Source: Candidatus Methylomirabilota bacterium
GTDB lineage: Bacteria; Methylomirabilota; Methylomirabilia; Rokubacteriales; CSP1-6
Assembly (NCBI GenBank): GCA_046726415.1
Contig: JBKPAK010000048.1
Span: 1-20,390 of the forward strand
Direction: 5' to 3'
DNA: 20,390 nt
Positions 16,311 through 20,390 of this stretch are shown here, piece by piece (the stretch's first letter is position 1; every line of letters begins with the position of its first letter). Position numbers and translations under genes: made by a program. The notes below the pieces were generated by a model. The model ran no database searches, was not told the origin of the DNA, and saw only the letters and a program-made list of their open reading frames with translations.

Positions 16311-17459
16311 TCACCGGCGAAACGCCGGCATGACCTCGCGGGCGAAGCGGATGAGCTGCTCGATCATGTGAGCATTCGGCGTTCCCAGAGCCCAGGCGAT
16401 CATGATGTGCTCGAGCCCAGGATACCGCCGCTCCACTTCCTTGAGGTAGGCGACGATGGCTTCGGGCGGCCCGCAGAGCCAGCTGCGGTTGCGGACGCCG
16501 TTCTCCAGGGATGCCGTGGTCGGGGATTGAGCCTGGCGGGCGGCCACGGCCCTCACGTGCTCTTCGCTGTAGCGCAGCATGCCGAGCGGTGCCATGAACT
16601 TGGCGTGCTCCTCGAAGGACGGCCGCGCTCGCTCCATGGCGCGCTCCACCGTCTCGTCAAGGCACATTCGGAAGCCGAGGATCAGATCCTGCCCGAGCTG
16701 AAGCGCTCGACCGTAGTGGCGCGACGCCTCCTGGTAGTCGCAGAACCAGCGCTGCACGAACTCCTCGGAGGTGGCGGAAACGACGCCCTTGATGTGGTGC
16801 CGGGCCATGAAGTCCAGGCCCCGCAAGCTGCCGCTCACGATGGGCTGCCAGATCTCGACCGGCTGGTGCACGGGACGAGGCACCAGCGTGATCTCCTTCA
16901 AGCGATACCCGCGATAGGGGACCTCGGGGGGAATCGTGTAGTGCTTCCCCTGATGCGAGAAGGAGTCCCGGCCGAACGCCTTCAGGATAATCTCCATCTG
17001 CTCTTCGAACAGCTCGCGGTTGGCCTCAGCGTCCACCATCGGATTGCCAAACGTTTCCACCTCACGAGTGTGGTAGCCGCGTCCCACCCCGAAGACGAGC
17101 CGACCCTTGGTGAGAATGTCCGCCGTGGCGTAGTCCTCGGCGAGCCGGAGCGGATGCCACGTGGGCACAATGTTGAAGGCGCAGCCGATCTTGATGCGCT
17201 CGGTGCGATGGGCCAGATCAACGGCGATCATCGGAATGTTGGGGATGCACTCGTACCCTTCGTGCTGGAAGTGGTGCTCGGCCAACCAGAGCGTCTCGTA
17301 CCCCAGCCGTTCTGCGGTGCCGGCCAGCTCGACCGCGGTGTCGAACACCTCGATCAGCCGCTCGTTGGGATACCGGCGATCGTCGGCGGGTGTCCCCGAG
17401 AACCCGCAGCGTTCCAGCTCGATGTGGCCGACGTAGAGCGTCGAGAATCGCTTGATCAC
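16311..17459 (-). CDS. LLM-class (luciferase-like) flavin-dependent oxidoreductase, 382 aa
   Basis: LWLAEHHFQHEGYE, WHPLRLAEDYATADILTKGRLVFGVGRGYHTRE, VPRP, FAREVMPAF. Confidence 0.93.
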   Translation of the reverse strand: MIKRFSTLYVGHIELERCGFSGTPADDRRYPNERLIEVFDTAVELAGTAERLGYETLWLAEHHFQHEGYECIPNIPMIAVDLAHRTERIKIGCAFNIVPTWHPLRLAEDYATADILTKGRLVFGVGRGYHTREVETFGNPMVDAEANRELFEEQMEIILKAFGRDSFSHQGKHYTIPPEVPYRGYRLKEITLVPRPVHQPVEIWQPIVSGSLRGLDFMARHHIKGVVSATSEEFVQRWFCDYQEASRHYGRALQLGQDLILGFRMCLDETVERAMERARPSFEEHAKFMAPLGMLRYSEEHVRAVAARQAQSPTTASLENGVRNRSWLCGPPEAIVAYLKEVERRYPGLEHIMIAWALGTPNAHMIEQLIRFAREVMPAFRR

Positions 17460-17472
17460 TCTGGCCTCGTCA

Positions 17473-18255
17473 TCAGCGGGGAGTCGCGGAGCCCGGCGCG
17501 CGCGACCACAGACCCCCGGCCAGATAGCCGCCGTCGACGGCGAGGGTGTGACCGGTGATGAAGCTGGCGTCGTCGGAGGCCAGGAAGAGCGCGGCGCGGG
17601 CCACCTCGTCCGGCTCGCCGAAGCGGCCCATCGGGATGCGTTCGGTCCGTCGCCGCCGCGCGTCGTCGGGCAGGCTCCGGGTGAGCCGGGTGTCGATCTG
17701 AGCCGGGGCGATGGCGTTGACCGTGATGTGATGCTGCGCCAGCTCCACGGCCATAGTCCGCGTCATCTCGACCACTCCCGCCTTGGCGACGTTGTATCCC
17801 ACGAGGTTCTCGACGCCCCGAAAGCCGTTGATCGACGCGGTGGTGATGATCCGCCCGCCGCCCTGCCTGACCATCTCGCGCGCGGCAGCCTGGCAGCACA
17901 GGAAGACGCCCGTGAGGTTGACCCGGAGCACGCGATTCCACTGCGCCTCCGGGTGCTCGAGGAACGGCGCCGAGTGGGCGATCCCCGCGTTCGCGAACAT
18001 CACGTCGAGGCGTCCGAACTCCAAGACCACGCGGTTCACAAAAGCCTGCACCTGCCCTGCGTCGCCGACGTCGACCCCGACGGCGATGGCCCGACCCCCG
18101 CGCCCGGTGATCTCCTTGACGGCAGCCTCGGCGCCCTCGACCTCGACGTCGCCCAGCGCCACCGTGGCGCCTTCGGCCGCGAAGAGCAGCGCCGTGGCGC
18201 GCCCGATCCCCAGCGCGCCGCCGGTGATCGCGGCGACCCGTCCTTTCAAGCGCAT
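17473..18255 (-). CDS. SDR oxidoreductase (classical, FabG/glucose dehydrogenase-like), 260 aa
   Basis: ATG after AAGGAGG. TGGALGIG, ANAG, TTAS, YNVAK, IPMGRFGEPDEVA, ITGHTLAVDGG. Confidence 0.93.
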   Translation of the reverse strand: MRLKGRVAAITGGALGIGRATALLFAAEGATVALGDVEVEGAEAAVKEITGRGGRAIAVGVDVGDAGQVQAFVNRVVLEFGRLDVMFANAGIAHSAPFLEHPEAQWNRVLRVNLTGVFLCCQAAAREMVRQGGGRIITTASINGFRGVENLVGYNVAKAGVVEMTRTMAVELAQHHITVNAIAPAQIDTRLTRSLPDDARRRRTERIPMGRFGEPDEVARAALFLASDDASFITGHTLAVDGGYLAGGLWSRAPGSATPR

Positions 18256-18409
18256 CGTGCAGCCTCCTTCGCGGCAATCATATGTGCCGCTCGTCTCCCG
18301 CCGGCGCGCATGCGCGCGCAGGCGGCCCAGATGCGACCGCCCGCAGAAGTGCTCGCCGTGAGCGCAGCGTCGTTCACGCGAACGGGGCGCGCGCTCGGCT
18401 GGCGAGGTG

Positions 18410-18438
18410 AGCGTAGAGAGATCTCGGCGTCCCGTCAA
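18410..18438 (-). promoter_or_regulatory. Putative sigma70 promoter of the SDR-LLM unit
   Basis: Minus strand TTGACG-N17-TACGCT. Confidence 0.55.
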
Positions 18439-18478
18439 CCGATTCGCCCCAGCGCCGTGTCAATCGACCTACCCGTGA

Positions 18479-18507
18479 TTGCAGGATGGTGAGGACACCC
18501 CTATGCT
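18479..18507 (+). promoter_or_regulatory. Putative divergent sigma70 promoter of the quinone reductase
   Basis: TTGCAG-N17-TATGCT. Confidence 0.45.
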
Positions 18508-18575
18508 GGGAATTCGTCTCGGCGGCGCGGTCGCGGTGCCGCCGTCGTCGAACCCTACCTGAACGGGGAGGCGTC

Positions 18576-19559
18576 ATGCGGGCAGCCTGGTACGAGCAGA
18601 ACGGTGCGGCCGCAGATGTGTTGAAGGTCGGCGAGCTTCCCGTCCCTGAGCCGGGGCCGGGCGAGGTGCGGGTGCGCATCGTCGCCTCCGGCCTCAATCC
18701 CACCGATGTGAAGGCGCGCGGTTCGCGCCCCATGGGCTTTCCCCGGATCGTACCCCATCAGGACGGTGCCGGCGTTATCGAGGAAGTCGGCGCGGGCGTG
18801 CCGGCGTCGCGGGTGGGCGAACGCGTCTGGGTGTTCATCGTGCAGTGGCAGCGTCCCTGGGGGACGGCGGCCGAATACACGGTCGTCCCGACCTCGCTGG
18901 CGGTGACCTTGCCGCCCAACACCGGCTTCCCGGAGGGCGCGTGCCTGGGCATCCCCGCCGTCACCGCACATCGCTGCCTCTTCGCCGACGGACCAGTGGA
19001 CGGGCAGACGGTGCTCGTCACCGGGGGAGCGGGCGCGGTCGGCCACTACGCCGTTCAGCTCGCCAAGTGGGGTGGAGCGAAGGTCATCGCCACCGTGAGC
19101 TCGAAAGAGAAGGCGGTGCTCGCGGCCGAGGCCGGCGCAGACCACCTGGTGAACTATCGCACCGACGATCCCGCGGCCCAGATCCTCGAGCTCACCGGCG
19201 GCGCCGGCGTCGACCGGATCGTCGACGTCGACTTCGGCGCCAACCTCTCGGTGAGCCTCAAAGTCCTGAGGACCAGCGGCACCATTGCGACCTACGCCTC
19301 GATGGGCGACCCAGAGCCAAAGCTGCCTTTCTACGCGCTGATGGGAAAGAACATCGCGGTCCGGCCCGTGCTGATCTACACGATGCCGGCCCGAGCGAAG
19401 GACGAGGCGGCCCGGGACATCGTGCGGCTCGTCGAGGCCGGACGCCTCATCCACCAGATCGGCGCGCGGTTCCCGCTCGACCGAATCGTCGAGGCCCACC
19501 AGGCCCAGGAGAGCGGCAAGATCACCGGCAACATCGTGGTCGACGTCGGCGCCGACTGA
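18576..19559 (+). CDS. NADPH:quinone reductase (zinc-free MDR / zeta-crystallin-like), 327 aa
   Basis: ATG after GGGGAGG. MRAAWYE, SGLNPTDVK, VPHQDGAG, GTAAEY, LGIPAVTAHR, TGGAGAVG, VDVDFGAN. Confidence 0.94.
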   Translation: MRAAWYEQNGAAADVLKVGELPVPEPGPGEVRVRIVASGLNPTDVKARGSRPMGFPRIVPHQDGAGVIEEVGAGVPASRVGERVWVFIVQWQRPWGTAAEYTVVPTSLAVTLPPNTGFPEGACLGIPAVTAHRCLFADGPVDGQTVLVTGGAGAVGHYAVQLAKWGGAKVIATVSSKEKAVLAAEAGADHLVNYRTDDPAAQILELTGGAGVDRIVDVDFGANLSVSLKVLRTSGTIATYASMGDPEPKLPFYALMGKNIAVRPVLIYTMPARAKDEAARDIVRLVEAGRLIHQIGARFPLDRIVEAHQAQESGKITGNIVVDVGAD

Positions 19560-19564
19560 GGGAA

Positions 19565-19600
19565 ATCGGGGCAGCGAACCGCCCCCACGCTGGCTCCCCG
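19565..19600. repeat. Degenerate third copy of the REP-like element
   Basis: ATCGGGGCAGCGAACCGCC matches 14628-14646 at 18 of 19 positions; followed by GCTCCCCG; begins 5 nt after the stop at 19559. Confidence 0.6.
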
Positions 19601-19706
19601 GCAGCGTCGCTCATCTCACCGGATCCATCCGCGCGACCGTGCTACGCTCGCCCTCACTGCCCACTCCTCAACTCGGGCTCGCACGGCATCGATCAGGGAG
19701 GCTCTC

Positions 19707-20390
19707 ATGTCGGGCTCTGATGAAAGCGACGAGGAACTCGTAGCGGGACGCGTCAACCGCGCCAGCGACCAGACCACCATCTGGGCGGAGAACCAGTACA
19801 GCACAACGAGCATCCTCTTCATCGAAATGGGGAACTTCAGAAGAGACTTCGGCGGCGATGTGATTTTTCGTGTCGAAGTGGCCAAGGACTCCGAGGATGA
19901 AGGCGAGTTTCGTCCGCCGGCGCCGCTCAACGCGATCGTGGGGGTGGGCTGGAGCGCCGAGCACAACGGGACCAGCGGCGGCACCGGCGTGACGGGGATC
20001 GGCGGGCCGGTCGGCGGCCTCGGCATTCGCGGCGAAGGAGGCGAAAACGCCACCGGCGTGCTGGCAGATGCCGGCGGCCAAGCAGCGGCGGTCGTCGGCC
20101 TCGGCGGACCGCGCCAGGGCACCGGTGTGTTCGGCCTGGGCTCTGGCGGGGAGCGGCTGTTTCGGCGAGGGCGTGGAGGTATCGGCGTTCATGGTGTTGG
20201 GGGGGTTGCGGATCTGCAACCCGGACAACCTCCACCGCCAGGACAGCCTGCACCGCCGCCCGTCATGCCCGGAACAGGCGTGTTCGGTCAGGGCGGGAAA
20301 ATTGTGGACTCGAACAAGGAGCGACTGCTTCACTGGCATCTCGCCGGCCGCCCTCACGAGTGGGGTCGTGTCGCTGCCGAAAGCAGGCCA
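19707..20390 (+). CDS. Hypothetical glycine-rich protein with GxGVxG repeats (3'-truncated by the window; not in the ORF track)
   Basis: SD GGGAGG then ATG at 19707; extended -10 TGcTACGCT at 19640-19648; 228 stop-free codons: MSGSDESDEELVAGRVNRASDQTTIW...GGTGVTGIGG..GLGIRGEGG..ATGVLA..AVVGLGG..GTGVFGLG..GIGVHGVGG..GTGVFGQGG. Confidence 0.8.
   Translation, partial: MSGSDESDEELVAGRVNRASDQTTIWAENQYSTTSILFIEMGNFRRDFGGDVIFRVEVAKDSEDEGEFRPPAPLNAIVGVGWSAEHNGTSGGTGVTGIGGPVGGLGIRGEGGENATGVLADAGGQAAAVVGLGGPRQGTGVFGLGSGGERLFRRGRGGIGVHGVGGVADLQPGQPPPPGQPAPPPVMPGTGVFGQGGKIVDSNKERLLHWHLAGRPHEWGRVAAESRP

Noticed and set aside
19616-20357. Minus-strand ORFs 19616-20122, 19668-20357 and 19927-20253
   Set aside because: They are antisense to the plus-strand ORF at 19707, which has an SD, a promoter-like element and a coherent repeat pattern.

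Overview
High-GC bacterial chromosomal window, densely packed with transport and redox genes. The gene content (family-5 ABC solute-binding proteins, an LLM oxidoreductase, SDRs, a MetE-core enzyme, G/C-run palindromes after stop codons) resembles Candidatus Rokubacteria-like soil bacteria; this is an inference only. In order: the end of a livG/livF-type ATPase pair (+); an orphan family-5 SBP (-); a decayed IS end with a transposase N-terminal stub (+); a MetE-core enzyme and an alpha/beta hydrolase (-); a doubly frameshifted amidohydrolase remnant (-); a D-2-hydroxyacid dehydrogenase (-); an operon SBP-dppB-dppC-AtuA/DUF1446-DUF4387 with no ATPase (-); a divergent aldo/keto reductase plus an LLM remnant (+); two tandem DhbA/EntA-like SDRs, a PPOX-like FMN-binding protein, an LLM oxidoreductase and a third SDR (all -); an NADPH:quinone reductase (+); and a Gly-rich GxGVxG-repeat ORF, absent from the ORF track, that runs off the right end (+). 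The best candidates for new biology are the transporter-coupled AtuA/DUF4387 module, the DhbA-like pair lacking siderophore genes, and a MetE-core protein that seems to lack its Glu zinc ligand. No rRNA, tRNA or CRISPR array was seen. All family assignments come from motif recognition by eye, not from database searches.
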